A stretch of 32,000 nucleotides of DNA from an uncultured Chloroflexia bacterium (GCA_963718915.1 CAVRAI010000004.1:150001-182000), one strand, 5' to 3'. Shown: positions 8,986 through 16,981, counted from the stretch's first letter. Program-made: numbers and translations. Notes: generated by a model from the letters alone, not told the origin.

Positions 8986-9206
8986 GTGGTGTTTTGCGGT
9001 GAAATGCATACAGCATGCGCCGCGCGAGTAGCAATCAGAGAAGACGAGAACCATGCGCGCTGTATACCATCTATCTCACGAGGATATCGGGATCCGTCGG
9101 CAACCAGCCGACGGTGTGACCACGGCTGTCTCAGGTCGCGCGGCGTCTGGCCGTGGCGACGTAACCGGTCATGTCACACTGATTCCGACGCTGAGGAGGT
9201 CTCTCG

Positions 9207-9551
9207 ATGGTGTACAGATTCTGCGTTTCGTCAGACGCGCAAAGCGATGACCCATACGCTGATTTCGAGAACAGTCTGATCTATGCCGCGTACCTACGGG
9301 AACGTGATCCTGAGGCGGCGGCGCTGTTAGTAGACAGGATGCTGCCCGCGATGGTAGAGAGCTGGTATGCGCAGCGCGGCGAATATCCACCCGCGCGCGA
9401 TCAACTGCTCCGTGATTTGGCTGAGCGCGCGCCAGATTTCGCCGAACTGCTGCGACAGGCGCTGCGTATGCCGGATGTCCGCGCGCGACTCCGGGCGGCG
9501 CAACGGTTGCTCGCCAGGCTGCGGGGGGAGCTTGAGGTGGCCGCGGGGTGA
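9207..9551 (+). CDS. Hypothetical 114-aa helical protein. It resembles the C-terminal helical half of nucleotidyltransferase-fold proteins (recollection only)
   Basis: Strong SD (AGGAGG 7 nt before the ATG), coding-like codon usage and an Arg/Leu/Ala-rich helical sequence. No N-terminal NTase domain is present in frame. Confidence 0.55.
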   Translation: MVYRFCVSSDAQSDDPYADFENSLIYAAYLRERDPEAAALLVDRMLPAMVESWYAQRGEYPPARDQLLRDLAERAPDFAELLRQALRMPDVRARLRAAQRLLARLRGELEVAAG

Positions 9552-9677
9552 TGATGTCGGACACGATGCGCGCGGATGTTGGCCAATTCGCGGCATGAAC
9601 GCCGCGGCTAATCCTGGCGTATGGCATAGAACGACAAAAACATGCGAGTAAATACACGACACGAAAGGAACGACACA

Positions 9678-11480
9678 ATGTCAGTTGAACAGGAGCTTGA
9701 GGCGGCGGCCGCGTATACGCCGTTGCAGCGGATGCGCCATAGCGCCGCGCATGTGATGGCGGAGGCGGTGCAGGAGCTTTTTCCTGGCGCGCGCTTCGCC
9801 ATTGGCCCGGCTATCGAAGATGGCTTCTACTATGATATGGAGCTGCCGCGCCCGGTGACGCCGGAGGATCTCCCTGCCATCGAGGAGCGCATGCGCGCCA
9901 GCATCGCGGCGAACCATCCCTTCGTCCACAGTGAGTGGCCGCGCAAGAAGGCCATGAAATACTTCAAGGAACACGATCAGCCCTACAAGATAGAGTTGAT
10001 CGAGAACCTGCCGGGCGAGACGGTCGGCATCGAAGAGCAGGGACCGTTCCTGGATCTCTGCCGCGGACAGCATGTGGCGAACACGGGCGAGATAGGCCCA
10101 TTCAAGCTTATGCGTGTGGCGGGAGCCTACTGGCGTGGCGACGAGCATCGCCCGATGCTCCAGCGCATCTACGGCACGGCGTGGTTCAAGCAGGCAGACC
10201 TGGACGCCTATCTCGAACGCCTGGAAGAGGCGAAGAGGCGCGACCATCGCAAGCTTGGACGCGATCTTGATCTTTTCATGATTAGCGAGGATGTCGGCGC
10301 TGGGCTGCCCCTCTGGCTGCCGCGCGGCGCGACGGTGCGCCGTCTGCTGGAGGAGTACATCCTCGACCTGGAGCGCAGGCAGGGCTACCAGCACGTCTAT
10401 ACGCCGAATCTGGCCAAGCTCGACCTGTACAAAACGTCGGGCCACTGGGAGCATTACCACGAATCCATGTATCCGCCGATGGAGATGGAGAGCGGCGAGG
10501 AATTGGTCTTGCGCCCGATGAACTGCCCGCACCATATCCAGATTTATCGCCTGAAGATGCGCTCGTACCGCGACCTGCCGATTCGCATTGCCGAGCTGGG
10601 CACGATGTATCGGCTGGAGCGTTCGGGCGAGCTTTCGGGACTCTCGCGCGTGCGGGCGATGACACTCAACGACGCGCATATCTTCTGCACGCCGGAACAG
10701 ATCCTGCCGGAGTTCAAAAAGGCTGTCAGGCTCATCGAACAGATCTATCGCGACATGGGATTCGAGCAGTACAACTATCGGCTCTCGCTGCGCGATCCCA
10801 ACGACAAAGAGAAGTTCGTCGACAACGACCAGATGTGGGAGCAGTCCGAGGGGGCGTTGCGCCAGGCGCTCAAAGAGCTGGATGTCGAGTACTACGAGAG
10901 CATCGGCGACGCGGCATTCTACGGACCGAAGCTGGATGTGCAGGTGGCGAACGTGCTCGGCAAGGATGAGACGATCTCGACGGTGCAGATCGACTTCACG
11001 CTGCCGGAGCGCTTCAGCCTCGAATACATCGGCGAGGATGGCCAGCCGCACCAGCCGGTGATGATTCATCGCGGCGGTATCTCGACGCTGGAGCGCTTCA
11101 TGGCGTTCCTGATCGAGAACTACGCGGGCGCGTTCCCGCTCTGGCTCGCGCCGGTGCAGGCGGTCGTGATTCCCATCTCGGATGAGAAGCACGGCGTGTA
11201 TGCCGAACAGGTGGCGGAGCGGCTGCGCGAGGCGGGTTTGCGTGCGGAGGTGGATGCGCGACACGAGCGCATGAACGCCAAGGTGCGCGACGCCCAGTTG
11301 CAGAAGATTCCGTACATGCTGGTGGTGGGCGATAAAGAGGCGGCGTCGGACGCTGTCGCGGTGCGTCTGCGCTCGAACGAGAATATCGGCGCTATCCCGA
11401 TAGCCGATTTCATTCGTCAGGCAAAGGAGTACGTCGCGAACCGCAGCCAGGAACTCTGGCCCGCGCCACAGCCAGCGTAG
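9678..11480 (+). CDS. thrS: Threonine--tRNA ligase (short form starting at the N2 editing domain, without a TGS domain)
   Basis: RHSAAHVMAEAV and DLCRGQHV editing-domain motifs. Class II core with RPMNCPHH, FRLER-like MYRLERSGELSGL and TLNDAHIF. Anticodon-binding C-terminus. GAAAGGA SD before the ATG at 9678. Confidence 0.97.
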   Translation: MSVEQELEAAAAYTPLQRMRHSAAHVMAEAVQELFPGARFAIGPAIEDGFYYDMELPRPVTPEDLPAIEERMRASIAANHPFVHSEWPRKKAMKYFKEHDQPYKIELIENLPGETVGIEEQGPFLDLCRGQHVANTGEIGPFKLMRVAGAYWRGDEHRPMLQRIYGTAWFKQADLDAYLERLEEAKRRDHRKLGRDLDLFMISEDVGAGLPLWLPRGATVRRLLEEYILDLERRQGYQHVYTPNLAKLDLYKTSGHWEHYHESMYPPMEMESGEELVLRPMNCPHHIQIYRLKMRSYRDLPIRIAELGTMYRLERSGELSGLSRVRAMTLNDAHIFCTPEQILPEFKKAVRLIEQIYRDMGFEQYNYRLSLRDPNDKEKFVDNDQMWEQSEGALRQALKELDVEYYESIGDAAFYGPKLDVQVANVLGKDETISTVQIDFTLPERFSLEYIGEDGQPHQPVMIHRGGISTLERFMAFLIENYAGAFPLWLAPVQAVVIPISDEKHGVYAEQVAERLREAGLRAEVDARHERMNAKVRDAQLQKIPYMLVVGDKEAASDAVAVRLRSNENIGAIPIADFIRQAKEYVANRSQELWPAPQPA

Positions 11481-11492
11481 ACCTCATCTCAA

Positions 11493-11515
11493 CCTCTCTC
11501 CCACAAGGAGAGGGG
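11493..11515 (+). repeat. Member of the CYCTCTCC...GGAGAGGG hairpin family, at the 3' end of thrS
   Basis: cctctctcc (11493-11501) pairs with ggagagggg (11507-11515): 9 bp, one G-U, 5-nt loop. It starts 13 nt after the thrS stop. Confidence 0.55.
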
Positions 11516-11581
11516 CGTCAGAGCGGGCGACTCACCCCGCGCCTCGTCTGAAAATAGAGAGTCAGAAAAGGCAGGTCGCCG

Positions 11582-12316
11582 ATGAAGCCTGAACCTATCA
11601 TTTTGCCCGCTTCGATTGCCTCGCTGACTTATGAGCAGGTAGCGAAGACGCTGGATCACTCGCTGCTGCGCCCTGAGCTCACGCAGGATGAGATGCGGGC
11701 GGGCTGCCAGATTGCGCGCGAGTATGACGTAGCCTCGGTGTGTATCAGTCCGGCCAATGTTCCGCTGGCGGCGCGCATGCTCAATGGCTCCGACGTGCAT
11801 ATGGGCACGGTAATTGGGTTTCCGCACGGCTATTCGGCAACAAATGTCAAAGTTGCCGAGGCCCGGCAGGCGATGGACGACGGCGCGACTGAGCTGGATA
11901 TGGTGCTGAACATCGGCTGGCTGCGTTCCGGGCTGGATGAGCAGGCGCAGGCGGATATCCAGGCGGTTGTCGCTGCGGCGCGCGGCAGGGCGCTGGTGAA
12001 AGTCATCCTCGAAAACGCTTATCTCACCGACGAGGAGAAGCGGCGCGCGTGTCGCCTCGTGGAAGCGGCTGGCGCGGACTTCGTGAAGACCTCGACTGGT
12101 TATGCGCCATCGGGCGCCACACTCGACGATCTGCGGCTGATGCGCGCGAGTGTCTCTCCGCGCGTTCAGGTCAAGGCCGCTGGTGGCGTGCGCACGCTCG
12201 ATGCCGTGATCGACGTGCTCAACGTCGGCGCGACTCGCATCGGAGCAACCGCAAGCAAGGCGATCCTCGATGAGTTTCGGGCACGGAAAGCGCTGCTGGA
12301 TGCCTCGTTCGGTTAA
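11582..12316 (+). CDS. deoC: Deoxyribose-phosphate aldolase
   Basis: LDHSLLRPE, ASVCISP, FVKTSTGY (Schiff-base Lys context) and VKAAGGVRT motifs. 244 aa. Confidence 0.93.
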   Translation: MKPEPIILPASIASLTYEQVAKTLDHSLLRPELTQDEMRAGCQIAREYDVASVCISPANVPLAARMLNGSDVHMGTVIGFPHGYSATNVKVAEARQAMDDGATELDMVLNIGWLRSGLDEQAQADIQAVVAAARGRALVKVILENAYLTDEEKRRACRLVEAAGADFVKTSTGYAPSGATLDDLRLMRASVSPRVQVKAAGGVRTLDAVIDVLNVGATRIGATASKAILDEFRARKALLDASFG

Positions 12317-12331
12317 GGCGCCATCTCCAGC

Positions 12332-12814
12332 CTAAGGAGACTGCATTCCTTCGTCGCTCAGCCTGATGATCGGCAGCAGCGCGCGGTCGATCTCGCCGAG
12401 GCGCTCTGGCCCAAGGGCGACAACCTCGGCATGCAGGCGGCGCGCGTCCGCGATGAGTTGCGCGACCTCCACCCGGCGGCAGCGTGGCGCGAACGGCTCC
12501 AGATAGTCGGCCCCAGAGGCGAGCTTGAGCAGCGCGCCGCGATGGTTGCCGCGCAACAGGTGGTAGCAGCCGACACCTACCTGCAAGATGCCCTTCGCCA
12601 ACACACGGATCGTCCCCGTCTCGCAATTCCAGAGCGCTTCGAGCGTCTCATGGCATTCGAAATACTCGCGCTGGTTGAACTGCTCGATGCCAAGCAGCAA
12701 CTCAGGCGGGGGTGGGTCGTCACAGCGTGCGATCAGCTCGGCGTCGCGTGGTGGAGGTCTGCGCGCGTTATAGGGACGTTGCGCCTGTGGCGTGCCAGAT
12801 GATGTATCGTTCAT
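12332..12814 (-). CDS. DUF309 domain protein
   Basis: GIEQFNQREYFECHETLEALW ... GILQVGVGCYHLLRGNHRGA is the DUF309 signature as I recall it. The ATG at 12814 is preferred over the TTG at 12838 listed in the ORF track. Confidence 0.75.
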   Translation of the reverse strand: MNDTSSGTPQAQRPYNARRPPPRDAELIARCDDPPPPELLLGIEQFNQREYFECHETLEALWNCETGTIRVLAKGILQVGVGCYHLLRGNHRGALLKLASGADYLEPFAPRCRRVEVAQLIADARRLHAEVVALGPERLGEIDRALLPIIRLSDEGMQSP

Positions 12815-12899
12815 GGCTGAAGCATTCCCTGACGCCAAGAACAGCAGAGGGCGACTGTCGCCAGCCGCCCCCAGATGATACGATGTGACGCCATCGCCG

Positions 12900-13328
12900 T
12901 CACGACGCGCCCTGGTCGAGTTCTTTGTGCCGCAGGCGCCGACTCAGGATTGCCAGCAGCTTGATGGCAATTTCTGGCTGCTCGCGCAAAGCCGCCCGGA
13001 AATCCCAGACGGGGATGGCAAGTGCGCGCGCTGGTTCGAGAGCAACGGCGGTCGCCGTGCGAGGCAGGTCGTCGAGCAGCGACATCTCGCCAAGCACCGC
13101 GCCACGCTCGAAGGTACCCAGATCGCGGACGCTGCCATCAGGCGCCTGCTGAGTGATTTGCACCTTGCCGCTGGTAATGATAAACAGGCCGATGCCCGTC
13201 TCGCCCTGACGCAACAACGTGGCTCCGGTCGGGTAGTCACGTTCGCGGCAGTTGACGGCGAGCACCTGAAGCTCATGCTTTGTCAGATCGTGAAAAAGGG
13301 ATACCTGGGAAAGTATGTCTTCATACAT
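12900..13328 (-). CDS. Stand-alone cyclic-nucleotide-binding domain protein (no output or DNA-binding domain)
   Basis: LFHDLTKHELQVLA..., GETGIGLFIITSGKV and FERGAVLGEMSLLDDLPRTATAVA are the canonical cNMP-binding cassette. GGAGAAAGG SD before the ATG at 13328. 142 aa. Confidence 0.85.
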   Translation of the reverse strand: MYEDILSQVSLFHDLTKHELQVLAVNCRERDYPTGATLLRQGETGIGLFIITSGKVQITQQAPDGSVRDLGTFERGAVLGEMSLLDDLPRTATAVALEPARALAIPVWDFRAALREQPEIAIKLLAILSRRLRHKELDQGAS

Positions 13329-13414
13329 CTGCGCTGGCTGCCTTTCTCCGAGCATACAGCCGCCTGCGCGACGCGCTCAACGAAAAGCCGCGTGCGACCG
13401 CAAGGGCCGTAGTC

Positions 13415-13443
13415 ATTGTACCGTACACGATACATGACGTCTA
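13415..13443 (-). promoter_or_regulatory. Candidate promoter for the cNMP-binding gene (TAGACG -17 nt- TACAAT)
   Basis: On the minus strand: -35 TAGACG (13438-13443), 17-nt spacer, -10 TACAAT (13415-13420). About 85 nt upstream of the ATG. Confidence 0.35.
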
Positions 13444-13472
13444 TCGTGGCATGGATATTACCCGCGCGAATC

Positions 13473-13505
13473 TGCCAGAACGTGCCAGAACGTGCCAGAA
13501 CGTGC
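13473..13505. repeat. 3.3 perfect tandem copies of a 10-bp unit (TGCCAGAACG)
   Basis: tgccagaacg tgccagaacg tgccagaacg tgc. Intergenic, 14 nt beyond the sensor gene stop and 30-60 bp upstream of the candidate -35 of the cNMP-binding gene. Confidence 0.9.
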
Positions 13506-13518
13506 AGCCATCTCTCGG

Positions 13519-15384
13519 CTAACGTCTGCCGCCATCGTCGCCATCCGGGCCGTATGGGTCACGCCGCCAGTTATTATTGAACTGCGAGTTGCCGCCATCG
13601 CGTTGCCCACCGCGAGACATACCGCGCGACTGCGGTCCGCGTGATGGAGGTTGGTTATCGCCAAACTGCATCCGACCCATGGGTGGGCCAGGTGGCAGCT
13701 GATTCTGGCCGCCGGGCGCCTGTGGCATCGCGGACATGGGTGGCACCCGCCAGTCCTGTCCGCCACCATTCATCGGCATCATCTGGCCCTCATTGCCGCC
13801 ACCATAGCCGCCATTGTATCCGTCATACTCTCCGTACCCACCGCCATTCCCAGCATTCCCAGCATTCCCAGCATTCCCACCATAGCCGCCGCCATAGCCA
13901 CCGCCATAGCCACCACCATTACCAGCATTCCCACCGTAGCCGCCATAGTTGTTGCCCATGCCAGCGCCCGCCATGCCGCGCCGATCAGTATTTGGCCCCA
14001 TTGGCATTCCACCTGGCGGCATCCCACCCGGTTGGCCCATCGGGCGAATCGAGCGCATCCCCTGTTGAGGACTCATCGTGCCATTCGGCATCATCATGCC
14101 GCCATCCATACCGTTCATGCCGTTCATGCCGCCCACACCAGCGCCGACCATAGCCCCGTCGTCGTGACCGGCGGTGGTTAACTTGCGTGGGGCGCGGCGC
14201 GCACCGACGAGTTGTTGCAACTGGCGCACGATCAGTTCGAGACGCTCAGCGCTTTCGGCGGTTTGCTGCGAGTTGCCCGCCACCTGCTCGGCGATCTCGA
14301 TAACGGCCTGCATCGCGCCGCCCATCCGGTCATACTGCGCCGACTGCTGGCGACTCGACTGGCTGATATCGCGCACCGAGCGGGTCATATAGGCGATGAG
14401 CGACTCAAACTGGCCAGGGGGCATCTCGCCACGGCGCTGGATGACCTGATTGCCCATCTGGGCAAGTTGATCGGAGCGCCGCGAAATATCCTGCGCCGCC
14501 TCAGTAAAGTTCTGGAGCGCCTTGTTGATGGCGTTGACCGCCCAGACCTGCTGAGCCGCGCCATCCGCCTGCTGAGTGGCGATGTTGCCGATGCGCTCAG
14601 AGGCATGACTGACCGATTGCGCCGCGCGTTGCAGTGTATTGACGATCACCCCGGCAAGGAGCAGCGCGAGAATGACGCCTGCGATCATGATGATGATACC
14701 CAGCAACAGCAACTCGACCGTCGTGCTGCGCTCGAAGGCTGTCACGGTGTCCAGTGGAACGGCAACTGAGATCACGCCAATCAACTGGCCCTGCGGGTTC
14801 AGCATCGGGCTATAGTCGGCGTAATACTGCTGACCGTTCATATCGTCTATGCCAAGCCACTCACTCGGATTGGACTGGAGCTTCATGTGCCCGCCAACGC
14901 TTGTCGGCAACTGGACGCTGATGTCGCGTGGAGCCGATACGTCGCCGGAAGAGCCAGGCTTGGGCAGCGTTGTCGAGACACGCACACATGGGGTGAAGTC
15001 GCCCTTTGCGTTGGAGCACTGATAAACTGAGACGGTGCCGCCAATCAGCTGCTTCACACTATCCACGTAGTCGGTGTCGTCGTTGAGGGCGTATTTGCCG
15101 AAGTTGACGTCGGTCGGGCCGCCGAAGTTCTTCCCTGAAGATGGAGAGTCCACCACCAGATGGTTATCCGCAGAGATCGAATAATTCTCGCCGTACTGGG
15201 TCTGTAACACAAGTACAGCGATCTTCATATTATCCTGCTCCTGGCTTTGCGCCTGTTGCAGGGCATAATTGCGAATGGCATTATCCGCGATGAAAAGCGT
15301 TGCCGCTGTACTCAAAACGGCGCTCAACAGCACAATCAGCGTCAGCTGAGCGCGAATACCGAGTCGCGACCGTCTTTGAAGCAT
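13519..15384 (-). CDS. Membrane sensor: TM1, periplasmic Cache-like domain, TM2, degenerate MCP-like coiled coil, and a ~230-aa G/Y/N/M/P/Q/R low-complexity tail
   Basis: 621 aa with an AGGAGGG SD. Two hydrophobic helices flank a ~190-aa domain ending ...QQYYADYSPMLNPQGQLIGVISVAVPLD (Cache-like). Q/A-rich heptad region with RRGEMPPGQFESLIAYMTRSVRDISQSS, which resembles the MCP hairpin tip but is degenerate. Tail contains GGYGGGYGGGYGGNAGNAGNAGNGGGYG and SRGPQSRGMSRGGQRDGG. Confidence 0.8.
   Translation of the reverse strand: MLQRRSRLGIRAQLTLIVLLSAVLSTAATLFIADNAIRNYALQQAQSQEQDNMKIAVLVLQTQYGENYSISADNHLVVDSPSSGKNFGGPTDVNFGKYALNDDTDYVDSVKQLIGGTVSVYQCSNAKGDFTPCVRVSTTLPKPGSSGDVSAPRDISVQLPTSVGGHMKLQSNPSEWLGIDDMNGQQYYADYSPMLNPQGQLIGVISVAVPLDTVTAFERSTTVELLLLGIIIMIAGVILALLLAGVIVNTLQRAAQSVSHASERIGNIATQQADGAAQQVWAVNAINKALQNFTEAAQDISRRSDQLAQMGNQVIQRRGEMPPGQFESLIAYMTRSVRDISQSSRQQSAQYDRMGGAMQAVIEIAEQVAGNSQQTAESAERLELIVRQLQQLVGARRAPRKLTTAGHDDGAMVGAGVGGMNGMNGMDGGMMMPNGTMSPQQGMRSIRPMGQPGGMPPGGMPMGPNTDRRGMAGAGMGNNYGGYGGNAGNGGGYGGGYGGGYGGNAGNAGNAGNGGGYGEYDGYNGGYGGGNEGQMMPMNGGGQDWRVPPMSAMPQAPGGQNQLPPGPPMGRMQFGDNQPPSRGPQSRGMSRGGQRDGGNSQFNNNWRRDPYGPDGDDGGRR
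13843..13925. repeat. In-frame coding mini-satellites (9-nt unit x4, then 12-nt GGY-type units) inside the sensor tail
   Basis: gccattccc agcattccc agcattccc agcattccc, followed by accatagccgcc gccatagccacc gccatagccacc. They encode the GNAGNAGNAGN and GGYGGGYGGGYGG tracts of the tail on the minus strand. Confidence 0.85.
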
Positions 15385-15591
15385 TGCCCTTTAACCCTCC
15401 TGCACCCGGCTGGGTCCGGTGTCGCCACATCCCTCGCCACCTGTCACACAGACCATGCCTCTCATGCACTCTCTACTGCGAGATAACGGATAGATATACG
15501 CATATGGCTTCACTGTCTGCAAAAATCCTACCATTTGTCTGGTTTGCGCGTCTTGCTGATTAGCCCATGAATACCTCATCTCGTCCCATCG

Positions 15592-16419
15592 TCAGCGACG
15601 AAATTGAATCAACCCCAGGAGCGCCAGATGTTGTAGCACCGCATAAATCTCGCGTTCGCTACGATGTGTCAGCCGTACAAGGTCCAGCATGCTGCGCTGC
15701 CCGTTGATCAGCAGCAGTATCATGCGCTCGCGACGGTCAAGCGGGAGCTGCTCGATAGGCTCAGCGATGCCGGTCTGATAAGGTACCGCCTCGAGCAGAT
15801 CAGGACGAAAGCCCGTTGATCCTTGCATGCTCGACGCAGTGGGAGTTGGCGGTGTCTGCCGGTAGTAAGGATCATTGGGGTTCGGCGCACCGCCACCAGG
15901 GTAGCCGGTATTCGGCGCACCGCCGGGATAGCCGGTGTTAGGAGGTTGCTGCGGATAGCCGGTATTGGGCGCAGGCTGCGGATAGCCGGAGCCATATGGT
16001 TGATACGGTGATGGTGGGCCAGGATTTTGCGGGTATTGGGGAGGCGCTGACGGGGCATAACTTGGGCTGGAAGGATAGCCGTACGATGGCCACGAGCCAG
16101 TACCCGAAGGCAGGGGTGTCGTCCCATACTGGCCGCCATCGCTGGACGAGTAATAGCCATCAGGTTCGGCGCCATCTGAGGCGATCTCGTCGAACGAATA
16201 CATGCATTCGCCCCATCCCATGAGGGCGTTCAGGGCATTTTCACCAACCATCTGCCCATATAATACCGACGCTGCCTGGCCATTCACGAAGCGAATCTGG
16301 CCCATCTGGCGTGCGGACTCTTGTCCGCGAATCGCGCGAAGAATGCCGCTCTGGCTGGAGAGCATAATCATCTGGATAATGTTGCTCAGGCGCATCGTGG
16401 GTACAAATCGTGCTGCCAT
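15592..16419 (-). CDS. DUF4388 (PATAN-like) domain protein with a P/Y/G/N-rich repeat linker and a small C-terminal wHTH-like domain
   Basis: N-terminus LSNIIQMIMLSSQSGILRAI...IRFVNGQAASVLYGQMVGENALNALMGWGECMYSF matches the DUF4388 pattern. Linker has PNTGYP repeated three times. C-terminus ERMILLLINGQRSMLDLVRLTHRSEREIYAVLQHLALLGLIQF. AAGGAG SD. Confidence 0.8.
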   Translation of the reverse strand: MAARFVPTMRLSNIIQMIMLSSQSGILRAIRGQESARQMGQIRFVNGQAASVLYGQMVGENALNALMGWGECMYSFDEIASDGAEPDGYYSSSDGGQYGTTPLPSGTGSWPSYGYPSSPSYAPSAPPQYPQNPGPPSPYQPYGSGYPQPAPNTGYPQQPPNTGYPGGAPNTGYPGGGAPNPNDPYYRQTPPTPTASSMQGSTGFRPDLLEAVPYQTGIAEPIEQLPLDRRERMILLLINGQRSMLDLVRLTHRSEREIYAVLQHLALLGLIQFRR

Positions 16420-16714
16420 TCTCCATGCTCCTTATACCGCGATGAAACTATCGTCATCAGGAAGAGCATCGTAAGCGCTGCCGCCCCCGGCTCATCCACT
16501 AGCGGCAACAGGAGCGCGTAGCATCGTTGCTGACACTGCTCCCGCAGCACATAACCCATCACCCTACTCGAGCCACACCACCTCAGACGACAATGGCAGA
16601 GTCTTCGCTTTCCGTCAGGAATTCAGATTTCCCGCATCATCCGCGATAGTCGGATGCTTCGGATGCTATTCGTTGGTTTCAGAACAGGCTTATTTTCATT
16701 GACGCGCCGCGTGG

Positions 16715-16981
16715 CTAGGATGTAGCAGGCCCACCATTCGCAACCACTGGCGTCGTCCCAGGAGCATCGAGCGCCTTAGCATCGGTCGCCTCGAGTTCCG
16801 CCAGCCGCTGGCGCAGTTGTTCCGCCAGATCGTGATATTCTATCGCGCGTTGATCATCCCACTTCGGCATCTTTGCTTCGTGAGCGCCACTGACAACCGC
16901 GCGATCAATCAGCCCGGCATAAAATTCATATGCCTGGATCTGCAGTTTGATGAGTTCGCGCTCGTTCAACGGTTCTGACAT
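16715..16981 (-). CDS. Hypothetical small protein (88 aa, helical, acidic)
   Basis: ATG at 16981 (MSEPLNERELIKLQIQAYEFY...) with a purine-rich stretch upstream. The longer ORF-track start at 17077 adds an implausible Cys/Gly-rich leader. No recognisable family. Confidence 0.45.
   Translation of the reverse strand: MSEPLNERELIKLQIQAYEFYAGLIDRAVVSGAHEAKMPKWDDQRAIEYHDLAEQLRQRLAELEATDAKALDAPGTTPVVANGGPATS

Noticed and set aside
9005-9075. AGUA ... AGAGA ... uauACCAucu strings suggesting a tandem second Thr specifier domain
   Set aside because: I could not build the flanking helices that would close a specifier loop, and the segment is too short for a Stem I.
8986-9206. Idea that this region is the frameshifted N-terminal nucleotidyltransferase half of ORF114 (pseudogene)
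   Set aside because: All three frames contain only short, non-protein-like pieces. The G-S/R-x-G and DxD-like strings (SGRAASGRGD, SDSD) are too weak, and the expected hydrophobic strand after DxD is missing. The idea cannot be supported without a homology search.
9520-9640. Possible second T-box (gaGGUGGccGCGGgg) close to thrS
   Set aside because: It lies inside or at the end of ORF114. It lacks the UGGN-ACC core spacing, has no preceding Stem I or specifier, and the nearby hairpin (cgcggc-atgaa-cgccgcg) has no U-tract.
9681-11264. 527-aa minus-strand ORF covering most of thrS
   Set aside because: It is antisense to a gene with unmistakable ThrRS motifs. The Arg/Leu/His-rich composition is typical of shadow ORFs in high-GC DNA, and no SD or recognisable domain is present.
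13473-13505. Possible CRISPR-like or other arrayed repeat
   Set aside because: The units are only 10 bp, contiguous and without spacers. No cas genes are present, and no repeat-spacer periodicity appears anywhere in the window.
13641-14181. Plus-strand 170/176-aa His/Ser/Arg/Pro-rich ORFs
   Set aside because: They are antisense images of the repetitive G/Y/N/M coding tract of the sensor gene, and their repetitive nature is a by-product of it.
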